From contig CACWUS010000007.1 in NCBI GenBank assembly GCA_902764145.1, positions 6,654-70,653 of the forward strand: a DNA stretch of 64,000 nt, given 5' to 3'. This DNA is from an uncultured Erysipelotrichaceae bacterium (GTDB taxonomy: Bacteria; Bacillota_I; Bacilli_A; RF39; UBA660). A model generated the notes under the pieces. The model saw nothing but the letters and a program-made list of their open reading frames with translations, ran no database searches and was not told the origin of the DNA. Position 1 is the first letter of the stretch, and every line of letters starts with the position of its first letter. This document shows, in pieces, positions 18,712 to 29,004 of this stretch. The position numbers and the translations under genes were made by a program.

Positions 18712-20028
18712 ATGGCAAAAAGGACAATTTGTTTAGTTGGTAGACCAAATACTGGTAAATCAACTTTGTTTAATAGAATAATTGGTAAAAAAGTTGCTAT
18801 TATTGAAGATGCTCCTGGTATTACAAGAGATAGAATATATAGTAGTGCTACATTTAATGATATTCCTTTTTATCTTATTGATACTGGTGGTATTGATTTA
18901 AGTGATGGAGACTTTAATCAAGAAATTCGCATGCAAGTTGAAGTTGGTATTGAAGAAAGTGATATCATAGTTTTTGTTGTGGATGCTAAAGATGGAATTA
19001 CTAATAATGATGTGTTAATTCGTGATATGCTTAAAAAATCAAATAAAAAAGTAATAGTTGCAATTAATAAAGTTGATAATAAAGCTGGTCAAGATAATAT
19101 GTATGAATTTTATTCTTTAGGTTTTGATGATTATGTAAGTATTTCAGCAGAACATGGTATAGGAGTAAATGAACTATTAAAATTAATGACTAGTGGTCTT
19201 GAAAAGGGATACGAAGAAGAAGATAATAATATTAAAATATCTGTAATTGGCAGACCAAATGTAGGTAAGAGTAGTTTAGTTAATGCACTTCTTAATGAAG
19301 AAAGGGTTATAGTGAGCAATGTTGCTGGAACAACAAGAGATGCTATAGATACTAAGTTTACTTATAATAAGGAAGAATATACATTAATTGATACAGCTGG
19401 TCTTCGTAAGAAAGGCAAAATATTTGAATCAGTCGAAAAATATAGTTTATTAAGAAGTATGAAAGCAATAGACAGAAGCGATGTTTGTTTACTAGTACTT
19501 GATGCTACAACTGGTATTGTTGAGCATGATAAACATATTGCAGGGTATGCTTTAGAAGCAGGTAAACCGGTTGTTATAGTTGTTAACAAATGGGATACAA
19601 TAAATGAAAAAGACGAATCAATGAAAGAATGGAAAAATAGCATTAAACATAATTTTCAATTTATGGATTATGCAAGAGTAGTATTCTTAAGTGCACAAAC
19701 TAAAAAAAGAATACATACATTAATGCCGGAAGTATTAGAGTCATACAACAATTCTATTAAAGAAGTTAAGACAAGCATTATTAATGATATAATTAGAGAT
19801 GCATTTATAGAAACACCACCTGCATCATATAAAGGTAAAAAACTAAAAGTATATTTTGCTCATCAATCTGGAACTAAACCACCTAGATTTGATATAGAAG
19901 TTAATTCTAAGGGATTAGTACATTTTTCATATTATAGATACCTAGAAAATAAAATAAGACAAAATATTGATTTTAGTGGAACACCAATAATAATACAGTT
20001 TAAAAATAAAGGTGAAAGAGAATTATAG
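18712..20028 (+). CDS. der: Ribosome-associated GTPase Der/EngA
   Basis: 438 aa with two tandem GTPase domains (GRPNTGKST...DTGG; GRPNVGKSS...DTAG...NKWD) plus a KH-like C-terminus. Confidence 0.96.
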   Translation: MAKRTICLVGRPNTGKSTLFNRIIGKKVAIIEDAPGITRDRIYSSATFNDIPFYLIDTGGIDLSDGDFNQEIRMQVEVGIEESDIIVFVVDAKDGITNNDVLIRDMLKKSNKKVIVAINKVDNKAGQDNMYEFYSLGFDDYVSISAEHGIGVNELLKLMTSGLEKGYEEEDNNIKISVIGRPNVGKSSLVNALLNEERVIVSNVAGTTRDAIDTKFTYNKEEYTLIDTAGLRKKGKIFESVEKYSLLRSMKAIDRSDVCLLVLDATTGIVEHDKHIAGYALEAGKPVVIVVNKWDTINEKDESMKEWKNSIKHNFQFMDYARVVFLSAQTKKRIHTLMPEVLESYNNSIKEVKTSIINDIIRDAFIETPPASYKGKKLKVYFAHQSGTKPPRFDIEVNSKGLVHFSYYRYLENKIRQNIDFSGTPIIIQFKNKGEREL

Positions 20029-20060
20029 ATATTTGATTTACAAATATCTATTTTTATTTT
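20027..20060 (+). terminator. Intrinsic terminator after der
   Basis: AGATATTTG-attta-CAAATATCT followed by ATTTTTATTTT. Confidence 0.65.
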
Positions 20061-20081
20061 ATAATTTATTTGAGGAAGATT

Positions 20082-20645
20082 ATGAAAAAAAATAGTAAAT
20101 ATTTAGTATTAATATTATTAATAATTATTGCTTCATTAGGAGTATCATATGCTTATTTTGCAGCTAATATCATAAACAAAGATAATAAAACAGTTATTAG
20201 TACTGGAAAAATAGATATAAGTATAGATGATGCTAAACTTGAAGGAAAAGATATTGCACCTATATATGATGAAGATTATGAGATGCTTGCTTTTCATAAA
20301 AATTTTGTTATTAGATCTACTAGTAATACATTGAACTCATGCGTTAAAATTTACTTAAATATTTCACACATAGATAAAGAATTAGCAAGTAAATATTTAA
20401 AATATAAATTGATATCTACTAATGGAGAAAAAGAAGGAAATTTTATTGAAGCAAAAGACAATGAAAAAATGTTACTTTTAGACAAAATATTTATTGAAAG
20501 TGGAAAATCAATATATTATGATTTATATATATGGTTAAGTTATCAAGATGATGTAGATCAAAGTAATATTTTAGGTAGAGAAATGATATCTAATTTATAT
20601 GTTGAAGGCCTTGATGTTAGAAATAGAGAAACTTGCGAAAAATAG
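20082..20645 (+). CDS. Secreted protein with TasA/camelysin-type (SipW-cognate-like) signal peptide, function unknown
   Basis: ORF 20070 trimmed to Met5 (ATG behind GAGGAAG). The N-terminus ...IIIASLGVSYAYFAAN matches the G-x-YAYF signal class. Confidence 0.6.
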   Translation: MKKNSKYLVLILLIIIASLGVSYAYFAANIINKDNKTVISTGKIDISIDDAKLEGKDIAPIYDEDYEMLAFHKNFVIRSTSNTLNSCVKIYLNISHIDKELASKYLKYKLISTNGEKEGNFIEAKDNEKMLLLDKIFIESGKSIYYDLYIWLSYQDDVDQSNILGREMISNLYVEGLDVRNRETCEK

Positions 20646-20692
20646 TATTTTTATAAAACTAGTGTAATAATATTAAAATATAAAAATAATTA

Positions 20693-20721
20693 TTGACATC
20701 TAGTTTTTTTAATGGTAAAAT
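20693..20721 (+). promoter_or_regulatory. Promoter of the str operon
   Basis: TTGACA (20693-20698), 17 nt spacer, TGgTAAAAT extended -10 (hexamer 20716-20721). A leader of about 95 nt follows, with hairpin GGTTTTCA...TGAAAACC. Confidence 0.6.
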
Positions 20722-20815
20722 CAAATAGATTTCGGGTTTTCATGCTAGTGAAAACCTTAAAAAATGAGAATTATGATACACCTGGAAATGTGTATGAGAA
20801 AGGAGAAAATTATAT

Positions 20816-21229
20816 ATGGCTACAATTAATCAATTAGTTAGAAATGGTAGAGGAAATAAAACTAAGAAAAGTAAAAGCCCAGCATTAAATGTTGGTTACA
20901 ATTCTAAAGATAAAAAAAGAACAAATAATACTTCACCACAAAAACGTGGAGTATGTACTCGTGTTTCAACTAAGACTCCTAAAAAACCAAACTCAGCTTT
21001 AAGAAAAATAGCAAGAGTTAGATTAAGTAACGGAATGGAAGTTACTTGCTACATTGGTGGAGAAGGACACAACTTACAAGAACATAGTGTTGTTTTAATT
21101 CGTGGTGGTCGTGTTAAAGACTTAATCGGTGTTCGTTATCATATTGTACGTGGTACATTAGATACTGCTGGAATTGATAAAAGAAGACAAGGTAGAAGTA
21201 AATACGGAACTAAGAAACCTAAAAACTAG
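20816..21229 (+). CDS. rpsL: 30S ribosomal protein S12
   Basis: 137 aa: [28 protein letters not shown](I)GVRYH. See the finding on the P-to-I position. Confidence 0.98.
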   Translation: MATINQLVRNGRGNKTKKSKSPALNVGYNSKDKKRTNNTSPQKRGVCTRVSTKTPKKPNSALRKIARVRLSNGMEVTCYIGGEGHNLQEHSVVLIRGGRVKDLIGVRYHIVRGTLDTAGIDKRRQGRSKYGTKKPKN

Positions 21230-21260
21230 TATAAAACTTTAAAGAAAGGAGAAATATAAC

Positions 21261-21728
21261 ATGCGTAAAAGACAAGCAATAAAAAGAGATGTTTTAGCAG
21301 ATCCAATATATAATTCTAAAATGATTACTAAATTAATTAATGGAATTATGTTAGATGGTAAAAAAGGAACTGCTCAAAAAATATTATATAATGCACTTGA
21401 TATAGTTAAAGAAAAGACTGGAAAAGATCCAATTGAAGTTTTAAATCAAGCATTTGAAAATATTAAACCAGCTTTAGAAATAAAGAGTAGAAGAATAGGT
21501 GGAAGTAACTATTCTGTACCAATGGAAGTAAGAGAAGATAGAGCTAATGCTTTAACACTTAGATGGTTAATTCAATATGCTAAAAACAGAAATGGAAAAG
21601 GAATGGCTGAAAATTTAGCTGCTGAAATTATAGATGCATCTAATGGTGTAGGTGGAGCAGTTAAAAAACGTGAAGATACTCATAAAATGGCAGAGGCTAA
21701 TAAAGCATATGCACATTATAGATGGTAA
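21261..21728 (+). CDS. rpsG: 30S ribosomal protein S7
   Basis: 155 aa, full-length S7 pattern (DPIYNS..., VPMEVR..R...ALRW), in the str operon position. Confidence 0.98.
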   Translation: MRKRQAIKRDVLADPIYNSKMITKLINGIMLDGKKGTAQKILYNALDIVKEKTGKDPIEVLNQAFENIKPALEIKSRRIGGSNYSVPMEVREDRANALTLRWLIQYAKNRNGKGMAENLAAEIIDASNGVGGAVKKREDTHKMAEANKAYAHYRW

Positions 21729-21743
21729 GAAGGGAGATAATAC

Positions 21744-23816
21744 ATGGCACGTGATGTATCAATAGATAAAACTCGTAATATAGGTATAATGGCTCACATT
21801 GATGCTGGTAAAACAACAACAACTGAGAGAATTCTATACTTAGGTGGAAACATCCATAAAATTGGTGAAACACATGATGGTGAATCACAAATGGACTGGA
21901 TGGATCAAGAAAAAGAAAGAGGTATAACTATTACTAGTGCTGCTACAACAGTTCACTGGAATGGTTATAGATTTAACATCATAGATACTCCAGGACACGT
22001 AGATTTCACTATTGAAGTTGCTCGTAGTTTAAGAGTTCTTGATGGTGCTATAGCATTAATAGATGCTCAAGCTGGTGTTGAAACTCAAACTGAACAAGTT
22101 TGGAGACAAGCAAATGATTATAAAGTTCCAAGAATGATTTGTGCTAATAAAATGACTAAAGTAGGAGCTGATTTCTATTATTCAATAGATTCAATTCATA
22201 ATAGACTAGCAAATAATGCAGAACCTATTATGTTACCAATTGGTAAAGAAGATCATTTTGATGGATTTGTAGATTTAGTTACAATGAAAGCATACAAATA
22301 TGATGGAACTCCTGCTCAAGAATTAACTGAAATTGATATTCCTGCAGATATGGTAAGTGAAGCTGAAGAATATAGAGGAAAATTAATTGAAGCTGTAGCT
22401 GATTATAGTGATGAATTAATGGAAGCTTATTTAGAAGGAAATGAAATAAGTGTTGATTTATTAAAGAGTACTATTAGAAAAGCTACAATTGATGTTAAGT
22501 TCTTCCCAATACTTTGTGCAGATGCATTAGATGACAAAGGAACAAGAGCTATGATGGATGCTGTTATTGATTATTTACCAGCTCCAACTGATATTGATGA
22601 TGTTAAAGGAATTGATTTAAATGATAAAGAAGTTACTAGAAAAGCTAGTGACAATGAACCATTTAGTGCTTTAGCATTTAAAGTAATGAATGACCCATTT
22701 GTAGGAAATTTAACATTCTTCCGTGTATACTCTGGTGTATTAAAGAGTGGAAGTTATGTAATGAACTCAACTAATGGAGAAAAAGAAAGAATCGGACGTA
22801 TCTTACAAATGCATGCTAATCAAAGAAAAGAAATTCAAGAAGTATATGCTGGAGAAATAGCTGCAGCTGTAGGACTTAAAGATACAACTACTGGAGATAC
22901 TCTTTGCGATGAAAAGAATCAAGTAATTTTAGAAAAAATGGTATTCCCAGAACCAGTTATCGAACTTGCAATTGAACCAAAATCAAAAGCAGATCAAGAA
23001 AAAATGAGTTTAGCTTTACAAAAACTTGCTAAAGAAGACCCATCATTTAGAGCAAAAACTGATCATGAAACTGGTCAAACTATTATCGCAGGTATGGGTG
23101 AACTTCACTTAGACGTATTAGTTGATAGAATGAAAAGAGAATTTGGTGTTGAAGCAAATGTTGGTAAACCACAAGTTGCATATAGAGAAACATTAAGACA
23201 AGCTGCTGAGTGTGAAGGTAAATATATTAAACAATCAGGTGGACGTGGACAATACGGACATGTTTGGGTTAGGTTTGAACCAAATAAAGATAAAGGATAT
23301 GAATTTGTTGATGAAGTTGTTGGTGGAGTTGTTCCTCGTGAATATATTCCAGTTGTAGACAAAGGACTTCAAGAAGCTTTAGCTGGTGGAGTACTTGCAG
23401 GATATCCAATGATAGATGTTAAGTGTACATTATTTGATGGATCTTACCATGATGTAGACTCAAATGAAATGGCATTTAAAATTGCTGCTTCAATGGCATT
23501 AAAAGAAGCTAAGAACAAATGTAATCCTTGTATCTTAGAACCAATTATGTTAGTTGATGTAAGAGTTCCAGATGAATTCATGGGAACTGTTATGGGAGAT
23601 TTAACAAGTAGAAGAGGTAAACCTCTTGGAAATGAAAGTATAGGAAAAGATATTGATATTAAAGCAATGGTTCCACTTTCAGAAATGTTTGGTTATATGA
23701 CTGTTCTTAGAAGTAATACTCAAGGACGTGGAACTTATCAAATGATTTTTGATCATTATGAAGAAGTACCTAAAAATATAGCTGAAGAAATTATTAAGAA
23801 AAATGGTGTAGAATAA
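21744..23816 (+). CDS. fusA: Elongation factor G
   Basis: 690 aa: [24 protein letters not shown]-like NKMT, GELHLD. Confidence 0.98.
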   Translation: MARDVSIDKTRNIGIMAHIDAGKTTTTERILYLGGNIHKIGETHDGESQMDWMDQEKERGITITSAATTVHWNGYRFNIIDTPGHVDFTIEVARSLRVLDGAIALIDAQAGVETQTEQVWRQANDYKVPRMICANKMTKVGADFYYSIDSIHNRLANNAEPIMLPIGKEDHFDGFVDLVTMKAYKYDGTPAQELTEIDIPADMVSEAEEYRGKLIEAVADYSDELMEAYLEGNEISVDLLKSTIRKATIDVKFFPILCADALDDKGTRAMMDAVIDYLPAPTDIDDVKGIDLNDKEVTRKASDNEPFSALAFKVMNDPFVGNLTFFRVYSGVLKSGSYVMNSTNGEKERIGRILQMHANQRKEIQEVYAGEIAAAVGLKDTTTGDTLCDEKNQVILEKMVFPEPVIELAIEPKSKADQEKMSLALQKLAKEDPSFRAKTDHETGQTIIAGMGELHLDVLVDRMKREFGVEANVGKPQVAYRETLRQAAECEGKYIKQSGGRGQYGHVWVRFEPNKDKGYEFVDEVVGGVVPREYIPVVDKGLQEALAGGVLAGYPMIDVKCTLFDGSYHDVDSNEMAFKIAASMALKEAKNKCNPCILEPIMLVDVRVPDEFMGTVMGDLTSRRGKPLGNESIGKDIDIKAMVPLSEMFGYMTVLRSNTQGRGTYQMIFDHYEEVPKNIAEEIIKKNGVE

Positions 23817-23909
23817 AATTACACTCTTGTTGCCAATTTAGTTATTTATACTTGAAAATAATTCGAGTATTAGATAAAATATATATATTGAAAAAGGAGG
23901 AAAAGTAAA

Positions 23910-25079
23910 ATGGCAAAACAAAAATTCGATCGTTCTAAAGAACATGTTAATATTGGTACTATTGGACACGTTGACCATGGTAAAACAACATTAACAGCTG
24001 CAATTACTAAATACTTTGGAGAATTTATGGATTATGATCAAATCGATAAAGCTCCAGAAGAAAGAGAAAGAGGTATTACTATTAATACTGCTCACGTTGA
24101 GTATACAACTGAAAAACGTCACTATGCTCACGTAGACTGCCCAGGACATGCTGACTATGTTAAAAACATGATCACAGGTGCTGCTCAAATGGATGGAGCT
24201 ATCCTAGTAGTTAGTGCTACAGATGGACCAATGCCTCAAACTAGAGAACACATCTTATTATCACGTCAAGTTGGTGTACCAAAAATGGTTGTATTTATCA
24301 ACAAATGTGATATGGTTGATGATGATGAACTTCTTGACTTAGTTGAAATGGAAGTCAGAGAATTATTAACTGAATATGGATTTGATGGAGACAATACTCC
24401 AGTTATTCGTGGTAGTGCTCTTAAAGCACTTGAAGGCGATGAAAAATGGATACAACCAATTAAGGATCTTATGGCTGCAGTTGATACATGGATTGATACT
24501 CCAGTAAGAGATACTGAAAAACCATTCTTAATGAGCATTGAAGATGTATTTACTATTACAGGACGTGGAACTGTTGTTACAGGTCGTGTTGAAAGAGGTA
24601 GATTAAATCTTAACGATGAAGTTGAAATCGTTGGTATTAGACCTACTAGAAAAACAGTAGTTACTGGTATTGAAATGTTTAGAAAATCTTTAGATTATGC
24701 TGAAGCTGGAGATAATGCTGGAGTTTTACTTCGTGGAATTAATAGAGAAGATGTTGAAAGAGGACAAGTTCTTTGCAAACCAGGAAGTGTTACACCTCAT
24801 AAGAAATTCAAAGCTAGCGTTTATGTTCTATCTAAAGAAGAAGGTGGACGTCATACTCCATTCTTTAGTAACTATAGACCTCAATTCTACTTTAGAACAA
24901 CTGATGTTACTGGTGTAATTACATTACCAGAAGGAACTGAAATGGTTATGCCTGGTGATAATGTAGATATGACTGTTGAATTAATCACTCCAATCGCAAT
25001 TGAAAATGGAACAAACTTCTCAATTCGTGAAGGTGGTAGAACAGTTGGTGCTGGTGTAGTATCAGAAATCTTAGAATAA
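23910..25079 (+). CDS. tuf: Elongation factor Tu
   Basis: 389 aa: [22 protein letters not shown], and C-terminal beta-barrel domains. Confidence 0.98.
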   Translation: MAKQKFDRSKEHVNIGTIGHVDHGKTTLTAAITKYFGEFMDYDQIDKAPEERERGITINTAHVEYTTEKRHYAHVDCPGHADYVKNMITGAAQMDGAILVVSATDGPMPQTREHILLSRQVGVPKMVVFINKCDMVDDDELLDLVEMEVRELLTEYGFDGDNTPVIRGSALKALEGDEKWIQPIKDLMAAVDTWIDTPVRDTEKPFLMSIEDVFTITGRGTVVTGRVERGRLNLNDEVEIVGIRPTRKTVVTGIEMFRKSLDYAEAGDNAGVLLRGINREDVERGQVLCKPGSVTPHKKFKASVYVLSKEEGGRHTPFFSNYRPQFYFRTTDVTGVITLPEGTEMVMPGDNVDMTVELITPIAIENGTNFSIREGGRTVGAGVVSEILE

Positions 25080-25093
25080 TTAAAGATATATTA

Positions 25094-25120
25094 AAGACCT
25101 TAATTATAAGGTCTTTTTTA
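25094..25120 (+). terminator. Intrinsic terminator after tuf
   Basis: AAGACCTTA-atta-TAAGGTCTT followed by TTTTA. Confidence 0.75.
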
Positions 25121-25149
25121 TTGCATAAAAAAATCTTTTATGTTATAAT
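25121..25149 (+). promoter_or_regulatory. Promoter of the HKTY-paralog operon
   Basis: TTGCAT (25121-25126), 17 nt spacer, TGtTATAAT (hexamer 25144-25149). Confidence 0.6.
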
Positions 25150-25178
25150 ATAGCATACATTTAGGGGGATTATATATA

Positions 25179-25934
25179 ATGGACGAAAATGGAATAATAA
25201 CAGGAAAGATACCAAGTAGTGGAAGTGGTATTCACAAAACATATGAAGAAAGTATTATTAGAGTATTTAAAAACACTGGTTTAAATGCTTACAAAAATGA
25301 ATATTTTATTAATGAAGCAGGTGGAATAACTTGGGCTAGTAGTGAAGAAGAATATACAAATATACTAAAGCAAATTGAAGATTGTGCTGAATTTAGAAGG
25401 GTTGAATTACTTGGAGTAATAGGACTTGGTAGCGATAAGGTTATAGTTGAGTTTATCGATTCAAATGCACTTAGAATGCATCTACTTGCAGAAGCTACTA
25501 TGAGAAATCAAGAATATCATTTAAATGTGGGAAATGAAGATGGTAAGTTATCATTTAGTGGACAGGGAGTTCATAAAACTTATCCAGAAAGTACGTTTAG
25601 AATTATAGATTCTTTTCATTACAAACAAGTATTAGATAAATCCAATTATGGTATTTTTATAAGAAAAAGTGATGGAGCTATTGTAATTCCATCACTTGCT
25701 AGTGAGTTTACTAATGGTTATTATAGAAACAATACTTATTATAAATATTACGAACTTTTATCAGATATACAAAAAAATAGTAATGAATATGAAGAAGTAG
25801 TAGTATTAAATACTATTTATAATGAGAAGAGCAATCAATTTTTCATTGAATTAATAGATAAAGATACTTTTGATATTTATACTTCAAGTAGTAGAGAAGC
25901 AAGACTATATAGTAGAGAATTAAAATTATTTTAA
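25179..25934 (+). CDS. Hypothetical protein, two-module member of the 'G-x-G-x-HKTY-x-ES' paralog family
   Basis: 251 aa behind a GGGGG RBS. N-terminal MDENGIITGKIPSSGSGIHKTYEES and internal GQGVHKTYPESTF at aa 128. No TM or signal peptide. Confidence 0.7.
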   Translation: MDENGIITGKIPSSGSGIHKTYEESIIRVFKNTGLNAYKNEYFINEAGGITWASSEEEYTNILKQIEDCAEFRRVELLGVIGLGSDKVIVEFIDSNALRMHLLAEATMRNQEYHLNVGNEDGKLSFSGQGVHKTYPESTFRIIDSFHYKQVLDKSNYGIFIRKSDGAIVIPSLASEFTNGYYRNNTYYKYYELLSDIQKNSNEYEEVVVLNTIYNEKSNQFFIELIDKDTFDIYTSSSREARLYSRELKLF

Positions 25935-25955
25935 TAAAAAAGGGGGTTTTTAGAA

Positions 25956-26666
25956 ATGGATGAAAATGGAATAATAACAGGAAAGATACCAGGTAGTGGA
26001 AGTGGTATTCACAAGACATATGAAGAAAGTATAATTAGATATAATCAAATTGATTATTTAAGAGCATATAATAATCAATACTTTATGAGTAGCGAAGGTC
26101 GTTTATGTTGGGGAGAAGATGAAGAAGATTATAATTATTATTTAAATAATTCAGAATATACAAAAGTTGATATATTAAGCGTGGAATGCACTCCAAATAA
26201 CGAATTTGTTGTTGAATTTATTGATTCAAAAGCATTAAGACTTCATTTAATAGCAGAAGCAGTTGAAAGACGTAATAAAGTAAATGTAAGTGAAAATGTA
26301 GATACTAATACATTACCAACAGTAGGAGTAGGTATGCATAAAACATATCCAGAAAGCACATTTTTAGTTTTAGGTGAAGTAGAATTTAGTGAATTATGTA
26401 GATTATCATATCTTGGTATATTTTTTAGTAAAAAACTTGGAAAAGTTGTATTTCCAAAAATTAATGATGTTTATGATAGTACAGGATATAGTTATATTGA
26501 GAATAGAAGAGTATATATGAGTGTAATAAATGAGCATTTAAATGATTATATCGAACTTTCAATATTAAATGTAGTACCAAATGGTGATAAATATATAGTT
26601 GAAGTTATTAATAAAGATATATTTGAATCTTATTCAGCAGGAAATGAACGTAAGTTAAGTTTATAA
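25956..26666 (+). CDS. Hypothetical protein, two-module paralog of 25179..25934
   Basis: 236 aa. The first 28 aa are nearly identical to the previous gene. Internal GVGMHKTYPESTF at aa 124. Confidence 0.7.
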   Translation: MDENGIITGKIPGSGSGIHKTYEESIIRYNQIDYLRAYNNQYFMSSEGRLCWGEDEEDYNYYLNNSEYTKVDILSVECTPNNEFVVEFIDSKALRLHLIAEAVERRNKVNVSENVDTNTLPTVGVGMHKTYPESTFLVLGEVEFSELCRLSYLGIFFSKKLGKVVFPKINDVYDSTGYSYIENRRVYMSVINEHLNDYIELSILNVVPNGDKYIVEVINKDIFESYSAGNERKLSL

Positions 26667-26678
26667 GGAGTGTTTAAA

Positions 26679-27053
26679 ATGGATGAAAATGGTTTTTATA
26701 CAGGAAAAATACCTGTAACTGGTGATGGTATACATAAAACATATGAAGAAAGCTTTTTTGATGTTTTAAATTTAAGAAGTTTACCTGAATTATTAAGATA
26801 TGAATCAAGAGGACTATATTATAAAATAGATGAATGTTTATTATATTGGCTAGATGATATAGAATTTGGAGAGAATGGAATTTGGAATAAAATTCAAAGT
26901 AATCCTAAAAATTTTATTGAAGTAAAAATTATAAATATTGTTCCTATAAATAATGATTGGGTTCTTCTTGAATATATTGATTCAAGTATATTAAATAATC
27001 ATTTATTGCATGAATCACAAGAAAAACAAGGATATCAAAGGGAGTTAAAATAG
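26679..27053 (+). CDS. Hypothetical protein, single-module paralog of the same family
   Basis: ORF 26670 trimmed to Met4 (ATG behind AAGGAG). MDENGFYTGKIPVTGDGIHKTYEES...LLEYIDSSILNNHLL. Confidence 0.65.
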   Translation: MDENGFYTGKIPVTGDGIHKTYEESFFDVLNLRSLPELLRYESRGLYYKIDECLLYWLDDIEFGENGIWNKIQSNPKNFIEVKIINIVPINNDWVLLEYIDSSILNNHLLHESQEKQGYQRELK

Positions 27054-27059
27054 CTTATT

Positions 27060-27818
27060 ATGAATAAGGAAATAAAAAAAGCAATTATTTCATTGTCTGT
27101 ATTTACTAGTTTATTAACAATGGCTGGATGTGGCAAAGAAGCAGAATGCGATATTGAAGGAAATCATATACATAAATATAAAAATAATGCTGGTATTGAA
27201 AGATATATAGAAGGAGAAAGCGAATCAAAATATAGTTTTAGTGGTAATATCTATTATAGAACTAATGAATATTTAACTCTTGATGAAGAAAGTCAAAAAA
27301 TATATAAAGTAGTTTCAGATAAATCACTAGTTGATATTAAAGATAATGAAGAATTATTATATAGTATTTCAGACAATTTAAAAGACTATTATGAATTTAA
27401 ATACTATTATTATGAAACAGAATATCATACACATTATTATACTGATGGAGATGGTAAGCAACACTCATATACAACTAGTGAAGAAGTAAAAAAATACAAA
27501 TGGACAACAGATCCACATCACAAAAATTTAACTGGTGATAGAAGAATAATAACTCATGTATTTTATGGTTATAAGATTGTTAAAGACAAGAACGGAAAGT
27601 ATAAGACTATTGAAGGTGGACCAGTTAATGATATTAGAGTATTACTTGAAATGGGATATGATTATGTAGATAATGATATTTATCATTCAATAGAAAGAGA
27701 AGATTATTTAAAGAAAATAGGATTATATAATTATGTTGATAGTGATAGTTTAAAACCTGTATATATAATTGAAGATGGTGCATATATTTTATATGATGAT
27801 TATATATTAAAAAGATAA
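27060..27818 (+). CDS. Putative lipoprotein, function unknown
   Basis: 252 aa. Signal peptide plus lipobox LLTMAG-C. Tyr/His-rich mature part. Confidence 0.65.
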   Translation: MNKEIKKAIISLSVFTSLLTMAGCGKEAECDIEGNHIHKYKNNAGIERYIEGESESKYSFSGNIYYRTNEYLTLDEESQKIYKVVSDKSLVDIKDNEELLYSISDNLKDYYEFKYYYYETEYHTHYYTDGDGKQHSYTTSEEVKKYKWTTDPHHKNLTGDRRIITHVFYGYKIVKDKNGKYKTIEGGPVNDIRVLLEMGYDYVDNDIYHSIEREDYLKKIGLYNYVDSDSLKPVYIIEDGAYILYDDYILKR

Positions 27819-27845
27819 GGATTTATTATAAATCCTTTTTTATTG
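27817..27845 (+). terminator. Intrinsic terminator
   Basis: AAGGATTT-attat-AAATCCTT followed by TTTTATT. Confidence 0.7.
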
Positions 27846-27892
27846 CTAACTTGATTTAAATCAATATATTTATTATAATTAATATGATTAAT

Positions 27893-28993
27893 ATGAAAAA
27901 TAAATATATTGTATTTTTTAAAGGAAGTATGGTTGTTTTATTAATACTACTTACAGTAGTAGGGTTTTCATTTGGAGTAACTTTCTCAAGTTTTGTTTAT
28001 TCATCCAATAATCATAGGGCTGTAGAAATGTATGTTAGTTCTTTAAATAATAAAATATATTTAAATAATGAAGAAACAAATTCAATTATAGTTAAACCTG
28101 GTAACAATTTAATAAATGTAAAAATAGAATCATTAAATAAAGTGGATACTTATTTTAAGCTTTCTATAAATAGTGATTTTGATTCATTTTATTATAATAG
28201 TTTAAAAGAAGAAATAATAAAAAAATTTGATACTGTTGAATATAATATAAATATTTATAATAATACAAATGAAAATAACAATATTACTTTTAAAGTTGAA
28301 AGTGGATATATTACAAATACAATTGATGATGTTAAAATAAGTAATGGTTACTATGAAATAAAAGATAGTATTAATACTGGATATGATTTAAATTTTAATA
28401 ATCAAAATTATAAGTTACTTGGAATAAATGATGATGGAAGTATTGAATTAATTGGTGAAACAATTGAAAACAATATTTTACTTGAGGGAAGTATTGGTTT
28501 TAATCAATCAATTGAGCAAATTAATCAGACTGTAAATAATTTAATTAATAATGAAAATATTATTGAAGTAAGAAATGTTAATATTAATGATATTTTGAAA
28601 TATACTAATAATGATATTATTAAATATATAGCTGTGCCTGTTAAGAAAAAAGATAATAATGATATATATGTACCATCTTCATTGTTTAAAACAGAAAATG
28701 AAGAAAGTTATAAAGTTGTTCCAATATTTTATTCACCTCAAATAACAATTGATAATGATTTGTTTAAAAGTGATTTGAATTATGAATTATTTAAATCAGA
28801 AAAAAGTTATTATCTATCTAGTAATTATAATGAAAGCAATTCTGATAATATTGAATATGGAATATATGAAGTATCTAATCAAATAAGTAAATTAAAACTA
28901 TATGATTGGGATAATAATTCATTTGAAACAAATTCTAATATTAGACCATTTATTAAATTATCTTATAAGATAAATATAAAAGACATTGATTAA
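27893..28993 (+). CDS. Secreted or membrane-anchored Asn-rich protein, function unknown
   Basis: ORF 27884 trimmed to Met4. N-terminal hydrophobic segment ending GFSFGVTFSSFVYSS, a weak resemblance to the TasA-type signal. Confidence 0.55.
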   Translation: MKNKYIVFFKGSMVVLLILLTVVGFSFGVTFSSFVYSSNNHRAVEMYVSSLNNKIYLNNEETNSIIVKPGNNLINVKIESLNKVDTYFKLSINSDFDSFYYNSLKEEIIKKFDTVEYNINIYNNTNENNNITFKVESGYITNTIDDVKISNGYYEIKDSINTGYDLNFNNQNYKLLGINDDGSIELIGETIENNILLEGSIGFNQSIEQINQTVNNLINNENIIEVRNVNINDILKYTNNDIIKYIAVPVKKKDNNDIYVPSSLFKTENEESYKVVPIFYSPQITIDNDLFKSDLNYELFKSEKSYYLSSNYNESNSDNIEYGIYEVSNQISKLKLYDWDNNSFETNSNIRPFIKLSYKINIKDID

Positions 28994-29004
28994 TCAATGT
29001 CTTT
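28979..29004. terminator. Perfect 26-bp palindrome spanning both convergent stop codons (candidate bidirectional terminator)
   Basis: AAAGACATTGATT|AATCAATGTCTTT. The + gene stop is TAA at 28991-28993 and the helD stop is at 28990-28992. Confidence 0.55.
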
